Assembly: GCA_038064495.1 (NCBI GenBank)
Contig: JBBTSZ010000002.1
Span: 82,035 to 146,034 of the forward strand
Direction: 5' to 3'
Source of the DNA: Patescibacteria group bacterium
GTDB taxonomy: Bacteria > Patescibacteriota > Minisyncoccia > Phycocordibacterales > Phycocordibacteraceae
DNA length: 64,000 bases
Shown: piece by piece, positions 37,060 to 48,996 of the stretch
Position numbering within the stretch: position 1 is the stretch's first letter
How the letters are laid out: the number at the start of each line of letters is the position of its first letter
The notes under the pieces: generated by a model
What the model saw: the letters and a program-made list of their open reading frames with translations, nothing else
Databases searched by the model: none
What the model was told of the DNA's origin: nothing
Translations under genes and position numbers: made by a program

Positions 37060-37344
37060 ATGAGTAAAAACACCATCATCTCCATCATCATCGGCGTCGC
37101 CATTTTGCTTGTCGCTGGCTACATGCTTTTTTTTCAGCAGCCAGCCTCCTCAGCTGTAACAGCAACCGAAGCTTCAAGTGAAGCCGAAGTGACGTTTGTT
37201 AACCTCGCCGCACAACTTGAACCCCTTGGATTTGATACGAGCATTCTTGCTATCCCTCGTTTCCTAGAACTTGTGGACATCCATACCATCGTTCTTCCTG
37301 AGGTAAGTGGTCGTAAAGACCCCTTTGCTCCACTTCCAAAATAA
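37060..37344 (+). CDS. small membrane-anchored protein (PilP-like position)
   Basis: MSKNTIISIIIGVAILLVAGY TM; synteny only. Confidence 0.4.
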   Translation: MSKNTIISIIIGVAILLVAGYMLFFQQPASSAVTATEASSEAEVTFVNLAAQLEPLGFDTSILAIPRFLELVDIHTIVLPEVSGRKDPFAPLPK

Positions 37345-37437
37345 ATAATTTATCCCGTGCAAACTATCGCACGAATACGCACTGAGGGAGTATCATACAT
37401 ACATGATGCCTGCGGTTAGAAATCGCACCACGAGTCT

Positions 37438-39216
37438 ATGAATATACTTTCTCTCCTTATTGAGAAGGGTCTCATTAAAGCTGAGGATGTAGCAGCAATT
37501 CAGGCTGAGGCTGAACAAAAGAAGCTTCCACTCGAAAGCGTACTTGAAAGTAAGGGTGTTACACGCGACGTACAACTCTCAACTGCAAGTGAGCACTATG
37601 GGATTCCATCTCGAGTGCTTCCGCAAAACAAAGATATTGAACAAGCGGCACTTGAGTTTATTCCTCAGGAATCAGCTGAACACTATCGGTTTGTGCCACT
37701 TGGCATTGTAGACGGGGCACTTGAAGTGGGTATTACTGACCCCGATAACATAGAGGCGCGTGACGCACTTCAATTTATCTCAACACGTGCGGGCATGCCC
37801 TATAAGTTGTTCCTTATTAGTGAAAATGACTTCTCACACGTGATTGAAGAGTATCAAAACCTCTCGGGAGTTGTGGGTGAAGCACTTTCAGAATTTGAAG
37901 GTTCAGCCGCTGAGTCTGAAGAGTCTAAGAAGATGGAGGCTGAGGTTGAGTCAGCAGCCATAGGTGCGCCAGCAGCGGTAGGTGCTGATGGAAAGATTAA
38001 AGCCGACTCGCCGGTAACAAAGATTGTCGCAACCGCCTTGCGATATGCGGTAGAGGGTGGTGCATCCGACATCCACATAGAACCATCTCCTGGAAAGACG
38101 CGCGTACGTTTCCGCATGGATGGTGAGTTACACACCTCACTCGAACTTCCGGCTAAAGTACATGCTGCCGTTGTGGCTCGTATTAAAATCATGGCGCAGC
38201 TTAGGCTTGATGAAAAACGTAAGCCACAGGACGGACGGTTCTCTTCAAAAGTAGATAATCGGCTCATAGACTTCCGTGTCTCCACATTTCCAACGCAACA
38301 CGGCGAGAAAGTGGTAATGCGTATTCTGGACCGCACCCGCTCGGTAGCAAATATTGAAGCCATTGGTTTTACCGAAGACCAGCTTGCCATGGTGAAAGAA
38401 ATATTGAAGGTACCGTACGGTATTGTGCTCATCTGTGGTCCAACTGGTTCAGGTAAGTCAACCACTCTCTTCGGTATGTTGTCGGAGATTGATAGTGAAA
38501 AACAAAACGTAGTTTCCATTGAAGACCCCGTTGAGTACGAGATTCCAGGTATCGCACAGTCGCAAGTACACCCAGAGATTGGTTATGACTTCGCAAACGG
38601 GCTCCGTTCCATTTTGCGTCAGGACCCCGACGTCATCATGGTTGGCGAGATTCGTGATAAAGAAACAGCCCAGCTTGCAATTCAGGCTGCGCTCACGGGT
38701 CACCTCGTGTTCTCTACGATTCACACCAACAACACCGCGGGCGTCATTCCACGCCTCATTGATATGGGCGTGGACCCGTATTTGATTGCACCAACTCTCG
38801 TGGCCGCCATCGGCCAGCGTCTGGTGCGTAAGCTCTGTCCAGGCGCTGGGCAGAAAATCGCGGTCACCGACAGTATCAAGGGTCTTCTTGAGCGAGAATT
38901 TGCGGACCTTCCTCCTGACGCAATGAAAAGGATACCTGCATTTGAGTCAATGTATCGTGCTCAGGCGACTCCAGACTGTCCAAATGGTACTCGTGGACGT
39001 ATTGGCGTGTTTGAGTTCATGCGCATGGATAAGGACCTAGAACACACGGTACTAACGAATCCCGTGGAAGAGGCGGTATACGCGGTTGCTCGTAAAAAGG
39101 GTATGTTTACGATGCGCGAGGATGCTATCATGAAAGCGCTGGCGGGGGAGATTCCGTTTGAAGAAGTGAATACGCTTGGCGGTGAATTGTTCCCCGAGGA
39201 AGAAGAATCAATCTAA
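37438..39216 (+). CDS. pilB: type IV pilus assembly ATPase PilB (GspE family)
   Basis: GSPII_E N domain, Walker A GPTGSGKST, Asp/His boxes, CxxC...CPxC-like zinc motif. Confidence 0.9.
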   Translation: MNILSLLIEKGLIKAEDVAAIQAEAEQKKLPLESVLESKGVTRDVQLSTASEHYGIPSRVLPQNKDIEQAALEFIPQESAEHYRFVPLGIVDGALEVGITDPDNIEARDALQFISTRAGMPYKLFLISENDFSHVIEEYQNLSGVVGEALSEFEGSAAESEESKKMEAEVESAAIGAPAAVGADGKIKADSPVTKIVATALRYAVEGGASDIHIEPSPGKTRVRFRMDGELHTSLELPAKVHAAVVARIKIMAQLRLDEKRKPQDGRFSSKVDNRLIDFRVSTFPTQHGEKVVMRILDRTRSVANIEAIGFTEDQLAMVKEILKVPYGIVLICGPTGSGKSTTLFGMLSEIDSEKQNVVSIEDPVEYEIPGIAQSQVHPEIGYDFANGLRSILRQDPDVIMVGEIRDKETAQLAIQAALTGHLVFSTIHTNNTAGVIPRLIDMGVDPYLIAPTLVAAIGQRLVRKLCPGAGQKIAVTDSIKGLLEREFADLPPDAMKRIPAFESMYRAQATPDCPNGTRGRIGVFEFMRMDKDLEHTVLTNPVEEAVYAVARKKGMFTMREDAIMKALAGEIPFEEVNTLGGELFPEEEESI

Positions 39217-39222
39217 CACTTT

Positions 39223-39606
39223 ATGGCTACGTACCGCTTATACCTTGTCGACGATGACCGCTTCTTACTGGATATGTATGCTGTTAAATTCAAGACAGCA
39301 GGTCATGAAGTAACTGCATTTCAAAATGGCGAAGAGTTACTGGAGTCTCTCAAGAAAGATCCAGCTCCTGACGCACTTCTTCTGGATATCGTTATGCCAA
39401 ATCTCGACGGATTTGAGATTCTTGAGCGTATCCGGAAAGACGCTCTTGCCCAAACGACAAAAGTTATCGTGCTCTCAAACCAAGGTCAACAATCAGATAT
39501 CGAGCGCGCACAAAAGCTTGGTGCTGCAGGGTATATTATTAAAGCATCCGCAATTCCAAGTGAAGTATTTGCAGAGACTATTCGCATTATTGAAGCAAAA
39601 GCATGA
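39223..39606 (+). CDS. single-domain response regulator (PilH-like position)
   Basis: receiver domain DD..D..T..K pattern. Confidence 0.75.
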   Translation: MATYRLYLVDDDRFLLDMYAVKFKTAGHEVTAFQNGEELLESLKKDPAPDALLLDIVMPNLDGFEILERIRKDALAQTTKVIVLSNQGQQSDIERAQKLGAAGYIIKASAIPSEVFAETIRIIEAKA

Positions 39607-40667
39607 GCACCTCTTCCAAAAGCGTAAAACCACTTCTCTCAACTGTTGTTGCAGAGGGTGGGTCTGACCTCCACCTGTCGGTAGGGAGCCACCCCATTAT
39701 TCGCGTGTCTGGTTCGCTCGTGCCTTTGGTGCAGGAGCCTATTTTGACACTGGCTGACACGGAAGCAATGCTGAAAGAAATCCTTCCTGAAGGGAGGTGG
39801 GAAGTGTTTGTGCGTGACCAGGCAGTGGACTTTTCGTATGCTCACGACGACAATAACCGTTTTCGTATCAACGGGTACATTGTGCAGGGAGCAGTCACTG
39901 TTGCCATGCGTCTCATCCCACACGCAATTCGTACCTTTACTGATTTGAATCTTCCGCCGGTACTTGAAATCTTTACTCAGAAGACCCAGGGCTTCTTCCT
40001 CGTGGTAGGTCCTGTGGGACAAGGAAAGTCAACGACGCTTGCTACCATCATTGACCGTATTAACGAGACGCGCGCCGAGCATATCGTCACGATTGAAGAT
40101 CCGGTTGAGTACCTCTTTGAACAAAAGAAGTCCCTCATTCATCAGCGTGAAGTACACATTGATACCCCTGACTTCCATGCGGCTCTCCAGTCAGCCTTTC
40201 GTGAGGATGTGAACGTCATTATGGTGGGTGAAATGCGTGATCAAGAGACCATTTCAAGTGCGGTGACTGCTGCTGAGACAGGACACCTTGTGCTCTCTAC
40301 CCTGCACACGAACAATGCGGCCCAGACCATTGACCGTATTATTGATATGTTCCCACCGAATCAACAGAGCCAGGTACGCGTACAGCTTGCCGGTTCTCTT
40401 GCGGGAATCTTCTCTCAACGACTTGTGCCACGAATTGCCGGTGGTCTCATCCCTGCATACGAATTGTTAATCAACAACAGCGCCATCGCAAACCTTATTC
40501 GTGAAGGACGCACGCATGAAATTTCCACAGTCGTACAAACGAGTTCTCAAGAAGGCATGATTGACATGGACCGTTCTCTCGCAGAGCTCGTTCGTCGCGG
40601 TGAAGTCACGATTGAACATGCATACGAACGTTCGGTAGACCCCAAGACCTTTGAGCGTTACCTCTAA
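39603..40667 (+). CDS. pilT: twitching motility ATPase PilT
   Basis: Walker A GPVGQGKST, 354 aa, AIRNLIRE motif. Confidence 0.9.
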   Translation: MSTSSKSVKPLLSTVVAEGGSDLHLSVGSHPIIRVSGSLVPLVQEPILTLADTEAMLKEILPEGRWEVFVRDQAVDFSYAHDDNNRFRINGYIVQGAVTVAMRLIPHAIRTFTDLNLPPVLEIFTQKTQGFFLVVGPVGQGKSTTLATIIDRINETRAEHIVTIEDPVEYLFEQKKSLIHQREVHIDTPDFHAALQSAFREDVNVIMVGEMRDQETISSAVTAAETGHLVLSTLHTNNAAQTIDRIIDMFPPNQQSQVRVQLAGSLAGIFSQRLVPRIAGGLIPAYELLINNSAIANLIREGRTHEISTVVQTSSQEGMIDMDRSLAELVRRGEVTIEHAYERSVDPKTFERYL

Positions 40668-40670
40668 CCC

Positions 40671-41879
40671 ATGCTATTCAAATACAACGCACTGGATACA
40701 GACGGACACGAGCGGCAAGGAAGTGTCGAGGCACTCTCTATGGATGTTGCAGTTTCAACCCTGCAACGACGGAACCTCATCGTTTCCTCCATAGAGCCCA
40801 TGGAGAAGAAGTCAAAACTGGAAATAGAGTTTAGTTTTCTTAAAGGAGTCTCAAACAAGGAAATCGTTATTCTTTCACGCCAGATTGCAACGCTGTTTGA
40901 AGCCCAAGTCTCGGCACTTCGTGTATTTCGTCTCCTTTCTGCAGAAGTTGAGAACAAGTATTTAAGTGAGATATTGACGCAAGTCTCAGACGATCTCCAG
41001 GGAGGTAGCCCTATCTCAAAAGCGCTCTCACGCCACCCGAAAGCTTTTCAAGCCTTTTACGTAAATATGGTAAAGGCAGGTGAGGAGTCAGGAAAACTCT
41101 CTGAAACCTTCGGCTATCTTGCCGACTATCTTGACCGTAACTACGAGGTAGCAAGCAAAGCCCAGAGTGCCCTTATTTATCCAGCGTTCGTTATTGGCGT
41201 CTTTATTACGGTCATGAGCTTGATGCTCACGCTCGTTATCCCGAAGATTAGTGCTATTCTCATCGACTCAGGCCAAAAGATTCCGCTCTATACTCAAATT
41301 GTAGTGAGTCTCTCTGACTTCATAGTCCATTATGGTGGATTTATCCTTATTGCTTTTGTTATCTTTGGCTTCTACTGCTATCGAGCAATGCAAACAGAGT
41401 CAGGTCGTCTCATGTTCGACAGTATCAAACTAGATACACCCTACATTGGAGACCTGTATCAAAAACTCTATCTTTCTCGTATTTCGGATAACTTTGCCAC
41501 GATGCTTGTATCTGGCGTGCCGGTAGTTGAAGCAGTAGAAATTACCGCAGCCGTTGTTGACAGCCCTATTTATGAAGGAATTTTGCGACAGGTGGGAGAA
41601 GACGTGAAAGGAGGAGCATCTATCTCTGACGCGCTTGCTCGGCACAAGGAGATTCCCGGTATTATGAGTGCCATGGTTCGTGTGGGGGAGGAAACGGGAG
41701 AGCTTGGTAAAATCCTTGCAACACTCGCTCACTTCTACCAGCGTGAAGTAACAAACGCCGTGGACACACTCGTGGACTTGATTGAACCACTCATGATTGT
41801 CATTCTCGGACTTGGTGTTGGTATCTTGCTTGCGGCAGTTCTCGTGCCTATCTATAATCTCGCCGGTTCTATCTCCTAA
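40671..41879 (+). CDS. pilC: type IV pilus platform protein PilC (GspF family)
   Basis: two T2SSF repeats, 3 TM. Confidence 0.9.
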   Translation: MLFKYNALDTDGHERQGSVEALSMDVAVSTLQRRNLIVSSIEPMEKKSKLEIEFSFLKGVSNKEIVILSRQIATLFEAQVSALRVFRLLSAEVENKYLSEILTQVSDDLQGGSPISKALSRHPKAFQAFYVNMVKAGEESGKLSETFGYLADYLDRNYEVASKAQSALIYPAFVIGVFITVMSLMLTLVIPKISAILIDSGQKIPLYTQIVVSLSDFIVHYGGFILIAFVIFGFYCYRAMQTESGRLMFDSIKLDTPYIGDLYQKLYLSRISDNFATMLVSGVPVVEAVEITAAVVDSPIYEGILRQVGEDVKGGASISDALARHKEIPGIMSAMVRVGEETGELGKILATLAHFYQREVTNAVDTLVDLIEPLMIVILGLGVGILLAAVLVPIYNLAGSIS

Positions 41880-41889
41880 CGAAGGCGCG

Positions 41890-41936
41890 CTGGGTATTTT
41901 TCTGCGTGTTATCCACACGCAGAAAAATACCCAGCA
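41890..41936 (+). terminator. long 19-bp hairpin (terminator/attenuator) between pilC and pilins
   Basis: CTGGGTATTTTTCTGCGTG-TTATCCAC-ACGCAGAAAAATACCCAG. Confidence 0.5.
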
Positions 41937-42001
41937 GTTTCTCTCGTACAATGAGACATAGCGGATATTTACTCGTAACCCGCATCCATACAATCGATTA
42001 T

Positions 42002-42424
42002 ATGAATTTCGTATCTACAAGCGCGCGACAGGGCCAGAAGGGTTTCACCCTCATTGAACTCCTCGTCGTTATCGCTATCATCGGCATTCTCTCGTCGGTC
42101 GTGCTTGCCTCTCTCAACACAGCTCGAAACAAGGGTGCTGATGCGGCAATCAAGGCAGACATTGACAGTGCACGTGCTCAAGCAGAACTGTTCTACGATA
42201 CTGCACAGACCTACTTGAACGTTTGTACCACAGCGAACACCGGTATTCTAAACATGAAGACGGGTGCATCATCAGCTGGCTCTGCAACGGTTACGTGTCT
42301 CGACAGTGCAACAGCATGGGCTATGTCAGCTCAGCTTAAAGCTAATACGGCACAGTACTGGTGCGCAGACTCAACGGGTACTACCACCATTCGTTCTGCA
42401 GTCATCTCAACGACAAACTGCTAA
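42002..42424 (+). CDS. type IV major pilin 1
   Basis: leader MNFVSTSARQGQKG then FTLIELLVVIAIIGIL (class III signal / N-methylation motif). Confidence 0.85.
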   Translation: MNFVSTSARQGQKGFTLIELLVVIAIIGILSSVVLASLNTARNKGADAAIKADIDSARAQAELFYDTAQTYLNVCTTANTGILNMKTGASSAGSATVTCLDSATAWAMSAQLKANTAQYWCADSTGTTTIRSAVISTTNC

Positions 42425-42445
42425 TACCGTAGTCTAAGGTTCAAT

Positions 42446-42471
42446 CAAAAACCGCCTTCGGGCGGTTTTTG
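42446..42471 (+). terminator. terminator after pilin 1
   Basis: AAAACCGCC-TTCG-GGCGGTTTTT. Confidence 0.6.
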
Positions 42472-42551
42472 TATCCACGGGGATACCTTTATTGTGAGCG
42501 AGGTGCAAGTATACTGAAAGCATGCGTTATTTCATCACTGCTACTACTTGT

Positions 42552-43091
42552 ATGAATCCTCTTGTATCTCAGAAAACTAGACGTGGTTTCACCCTCATTG
42601 AACTCCTCGTCGTTATCGCTATCATCGGCATACTTTCAGCCGTTGTTCTTGGCTCACTCGCCCTTGGTCGTCAAAAAGCCTACGATGCGGCTATAAAGTC
42701 AGATGTACACACCATCCAGTCACAAATGGAAATCTATTTCTCAAATAACAACACCTACGGCACCACGCTTGCCGCAAACGCAAACCCGACGAACAGCGTT
42801 CCTGGTCTCGGAACCTCTGCGTATATCGTAGACGCTAGCATTAATGGTGCACTCAAAGCAGCTCTCGCTCAAACAGCTCCCGTCGTACTGAACAATGCTT
42901 CTTGTGGTGGCGCCACGTCAGGAGGCGGTACCTGGGCAACAGGCGTAAATGGTGCCACCTGGGCCGTGAATATATCTCTCAAAGCGAACAAGTGTCAGTA
43001 TTGGTGTGTTGACTCCACCGGCTCCTCTAAAACCTACACCAATAGTTTCCCGGCAATCGGTGGTGGTGGCGCCGCAGCTACTTGCCCGTAA
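42552..43091 (+). CDS. type IV major pilin 2
   Basis: leader MNPLVSQKTRRG then FTLIELLVVIAIIGIL. Confidence 0.85.
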   Translation: MNPLVSQKTRRGFTLIELLVVIAIIGILSAVVLGSLALGRQKAYDAAIKSDVHTIQSQMEIYFSNNNTYGTTLAANANPTNSVPGLGTSAYIVDASINGALKAALAQTAPVVLNNASCGGATSGGGTWATGVNGATWAVNISLKANKCQYWCVDSTGSSKTYTNSFPAIGGGGAAATCP

Positions 43092-43101
43092 TCTTTTAAG
43101 C

Positions 43102-43581
43102 ATGCCCGATTATTTTAGTCGCCGTATGAGTAGAACAGGTAAGGGTTTCACCCTCATTGAACTCCTCGTCGTTATCGCTATCATCGGCATTCTCTCGTCG
43201 GTCGTGCTTGCTTCACTTAATTCTGCTCGTACCAAGGCGCGAGATTCAGCTATTCTTGCAAACATGGACGCCGTCTCCCCCCAAGCAGTTCTCTTTGAAG
43301 ACAGTAACAATACCTACGGAACGAGTGTGAATGACTGTACGGCTGGGGTATTTAGCGATACTAAGATTCAGTCAGTCTTTACCGCTATTGACGCAGCGAA
43401 TAACAACGCGCCAAGGGAATGTTATGCGAATGATACAAGCTACGCACTTGCCGTAACGCGCGCAAGTTCTGCCGACTACACACCCGCAACCGTATATTGG
43501 TGCGCAGACTCTACCGGAAAGAAGTGCGGTATTGATGATATTTCAGGCCTTGCAACTTCAGGACTTTGCGGATGTCCATAA
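43102..43581 (+). CDS. type IV major pilin 3
   Basis: leader ...MSRTGKG then FTLIELLVVIAIIGIL; alternative start 43126. Confidence 0.85.
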   Translation: MPDYFSRRMSRTGKGFTLIELLVVIAIIGILSSVVLASLNSARTKARDSAILANMDAVSPQAVLFEDSNNTYGTSVNDCTAGVFSDTKIQSVFTAIDAANNNAPRECYANDTSYALAVTRASSADYTPATVYWCADSTGKKCGIDDISGLATSGLCGCP

Positions 43582-43582
43582 C

Positions 43583-44344
43583 ATGACGAGTCTGTCTGCT
43601 GTGCTCGCCATACTCTCCTTTATTGTTGGAGGTTTGTTTGCAAGCTTTGCGGGAGTAATCAGTGAACGACTGAATACAGGTGAGTCATGGAGCCGAGGGC
43701 GCTCACGCTGTAACTCCTGCAGTGAAGTCTTGTCAGTTGTTGACCTCATCCCCGTTCTTTCTTGGATTACGACACGTGGGGCTTGCAGAAGATGTCGTGC
43801 CCGCGTACCGTACCTCTATCCACTCACGGAACTTGTTGTTGGGACACTCTTCTTCGCAACCTCCACAGTGTACGGACTTTCCTACGAATCAATCACCCTC
43901 GCAGCTTTTTATTTTGTGCTTACCATTATCGTTTTGTATGACCTCCGACACACTGTGGTGCCATTTCCACTCTCCTTGCTCCTTATCGGCCTCGCGCTCT
44001 TGTTTACCATCGTGAATTCACCAGACCTCCATACACTTGGAGTCAGCTGCGTTACCGCTGGAATTATAGCTCTTGGATTCTTTCTCATGCACGTGCTGTC
44101 CGGTGGCCGTCTTATGGGACTCGGCGACGCACCCATTGCACTCGCACTTTCGCTTGTGGCGGGCTCTGTTGCCTTCACTGGTCTCCTCTTTTCGTTTTGG
44201 ATTGGTGCAGCTATCGGCATAGGCATCTTGGCGACTGCGGAAAGAGGGCATAGAATGGGAATTGAGGTACCGTTCGTACCTTTCCTTGCGGCAGGATATT
44301 TGCTTGCTTTTTTTACCCAATGGAACCTTTTCAGTTTGCTGTAG
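43583..44344 (+). CDS. pilD: prepilin peptidase PilD (A24 family)
   Basis: CNSC...CRRC zinc finger, multiple TM, catalytic Asp-containing loops. Confidence 0.85.
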   Translation: MTSLSAVLAILSFIVGGLFASFAGVISERLNTGESWSRGRSRCNSCSEVLSVVDLIPVLSWITTRGACRRCRARVPYLYPLTELVVGTLFFATSTVYGLSYESITLAAFYFVLTIIVLYDLRHTVVPFPLSLLLIGLALLFTIVNSPDLHTLGVSCVTAGIIALGFFLMHVLSGGRLMGLGDAPIALALSLVAGSVAFTGLLFSFWIGAAIGIGILATAERGHRMGIEVPFVPFLAAGYLLAFFTQWNLFSLL

Positions 44345-45021
44345 CTCACGAGCGTTCGGTACACGTACGTGGCTTCACTCTTGTTGAGATGATTGTCGTC
44401 CTCGGCATCATTGGCATAATCACCGCTGTTGTACTCAATAATCAGCAAGATTTTAATAAATCATTGGTCATCACCGATACTGGGTACACGATTGCTCTCT
44501 CACTAAGGCAGGTACAGACATTTGGGCTTTCAAGTAGAACATTTACCGGACAAACAACCGCTAACTATGGTTACGGTGCTCATTTTGAAGCTGCAAAACC
44601 AATATCCTATACAACTTTTGCCGATGTAAATAAGAGCACCTACAGCGTCCCGTCCTACTGTCCAGTCGGAACTGCTGGTAGCCCTGATGCAAAGCCAGGG
44701 AACTGCAGGTTTGATACATCGGCAGAGACACTTCAAAATTATAAGATTGGACGTGGTCTTAAGGTCGCTGCACTCTGTGGTCGCGACACGGGAGGTGTAC
44801 TCAGGTGTTCAACGGACCAAACAAACCCAATCACCAGTATTGATATTGTGTTTCTTCGTCCGAATACCGACACCGTAGTGACTGCGAGCAGGTCAGGAGC
44901 GGGCGATATCCAGCTCAAGGATTTAAGTATTACACTTTCTACTCCTGATAATGCAGCTCAACGCCTCGTTTGTGTTTCATATGCAGGACAGATTTCCGTG
45001 ACCCCTACCGCTTGCCCATGA
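44320..45021 (+). CDS. minor pilin / pseudopilin
   Basis: leader ..HVRG then FTLVEMIVVLGIIGII. Confidence 0.75.
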   Translation: MEPFQFAVAHERSVHVRGFTLVEMIVVLGIIGIITAVVLNNQQDFNKSLVITDTGYTIALSLRQVQTFGLSSRTFTGQTTANYGYGAHFEAAKPISYTTFADVNKSTYSVPSYCPVGTAGSPDAKPGNCRFDTSAETLQNYKIGRGLKVAALCGRDTGGVLRCSTDQTNPITSIDIVFLRPNTDTVVTASRSGAGDIQLKDLSITLSTPDNAAQRLVCVSYAGQISVTPTACP

Positions 45022-45029
45022 TTTACCGT

Positions 45030-45623
45030 ATGAAATATCTTTCTCATCCAGAGTCTAAAACGCTTCGAGCGTTTACGCTCGTGGAAATGATAGTGTCTCT
45101 GGGACTTTTCTCAGTGGTTATGTTGGTTGCGACAAGTGCCTACCTCACACTCATCAGTCTTGATAGACAGGCTCACGCAACGAATCAAATCGTCGATAAC
45201 CTCTCGTTTGCAGTAGATACCATGGTTCGTGGTATTCGCACGGGAACTAACTTCCAATGTTTGAACGGTAGTCCAGATGCAGACGGTAATTCAACTTCTG
45301 GAGCCTGTACTTCATTCAAATATACGGATACGAACCTCACCACTCCCGTTACCTATATTCTAAAAAGTAATGGCACTATCGGTAGATGCGAAGGAAACGG
45401 AGTGTGTATCGACAGCACGGCGTCATCACTTACCGATCCACAAATAACCATTCAAACACTCGCGTTTTACGTACGAGGAGCAGGTACCGTTACGGCAGGA
45501 GTGCGAGACCAACAACCCCAAGTATTGTTTGTAGTGAAGGGGACGATGCCAAGCGATTCTAAAGGAGGGACGGTTCCATTTGCTATCCAGGAAGGAGCAA
45601 CCCAACGACTCATCGACTTATAA
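45030..45623 (+). CDS. minor pilin / pseudopilin
   Basis: ..KTLRA then FTLVEMIVSLGLFSVV. Confidence 0.75.
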   Translation: MKYLSHPESKTLRAFTLVEMIVSLGLFSVVMLVATSAYLTLISLDRQAHATNQIVDNLSFAVDTMVRGIRTGTNFQCLNGSPDADGNSTSGACTSFKYTDTNLTTPVTYILKSNGTIGRCEGNGVCIDSTASSLTDPQITIQTLAFYVRGAGTVTAGVRDQQPQVLFVVKGTMPSDSKGGTVPFAIQEGATQRLIDL

Positions 45624-45626
45624 CCT

Positions 45627-46204
45627 ATGAAAAGACTTGATTTACTTGTAAAAGGAACGCCAACCGTTACGGCTTTTACTTTGGTTGAAACATTGGTGGC
45701 TATCATGGTCCTTACTATTTGTGTGGTGGGGCCGTTTCAAGTCGCCCAGGGTGTACTTGCGACTGCTTACGTCTCTCGTGATAAACTCATCGCCTCTGCT
45801 ATTGCTCAGGAAGGTATGGAATATCTCCGTGCTATTCGTGATAGTAACTATTTGTACAATATACATACTAGCTCGACGCTCAGCTGGCTCTCTGGATTTG
45901 ACGGAAATAATGGACCAAATTGTTATTCAAACACGTGCGTTATCGATACCTCCCAATACCCAGCAGCGGTACCATTTCAAGCAGGAAACTCTATTATCGC
46001 CTGTAGTGACTCAACGTGTTCAACACGACCACTCTATCTTTCATCAAGCAATATATATAATCAGCAGACGAGTGGGGTGAGAACCAGATTCACGCGAACC
46101 ATAAAATTGGTTCAAATAAGTGCGACCGAGACACAGGTAACCGTAACGGTATCGTGGGTCGGTCACGCAAACTACAGCGTGACCTTGGTTGAGAATATCC
46201 AAAA

Positions 46205-46214
<10 letters not shown>
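45627..46214 (+). CDS. minor pilin / pseudopilin
   Basis: ..PTVTA then FTLVETLVAIMVLTI. Confidence 0.75.
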
Positions 46215-48683
<2,469 letters not shown>

Positions 48684-48702
48684 GTGTGATAGATTCCTAT
48701 AT

Positions 48703-48996
48703 ATGGCATCAGCCGAAGACGTACAGAAGCTTGCGGCCCTCTCAAGACTTTCCATACCTGAAGCAGACCTCGCTCATACCGCGAAGGAGTTTGATGCAAT
48801 TCTTGCCTATGTGGGTAAACTTGAGCAACTAACGCTTCCCGCAAAGTACGCCGGGACGGCTGGAGCTGTCCGAAATGTCTTTCGCATTGACGGCGAGCCT
48901 CATGCAAAAGGGAAACACACCAAAGCTCTCGTAGCACAATTTCCAGATAAGGAAGGGAATTATCTCAAAGTGAAGCAAATATTGTCTCATGACTAA
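48703..48996 (+). CDS. gatC: Asp/Glu-tRNA amidotransferase subunit C
   Basis: 97 aa; KLA.LSRL...E..L..IL.YV..L. Confidence 0.8.
   Translation: MASAEDVQKLAALSRLSIPEADLAHTAKEFDAILAYVGKLEQLTLPAKYAGTAGAVRNVFRIDGEPHAKGKHTKALVAQFPDKEGNYLKVKQILSHD

Noticed and set aside
42040-43210. Repeated 60-70 nt blocks that might suggest a CRISPR-like array
   Set aside because: The repeats are the conserved N-terminal coding segments of three pilin genes with long, coding, non-uniform spacers; no cas genes.
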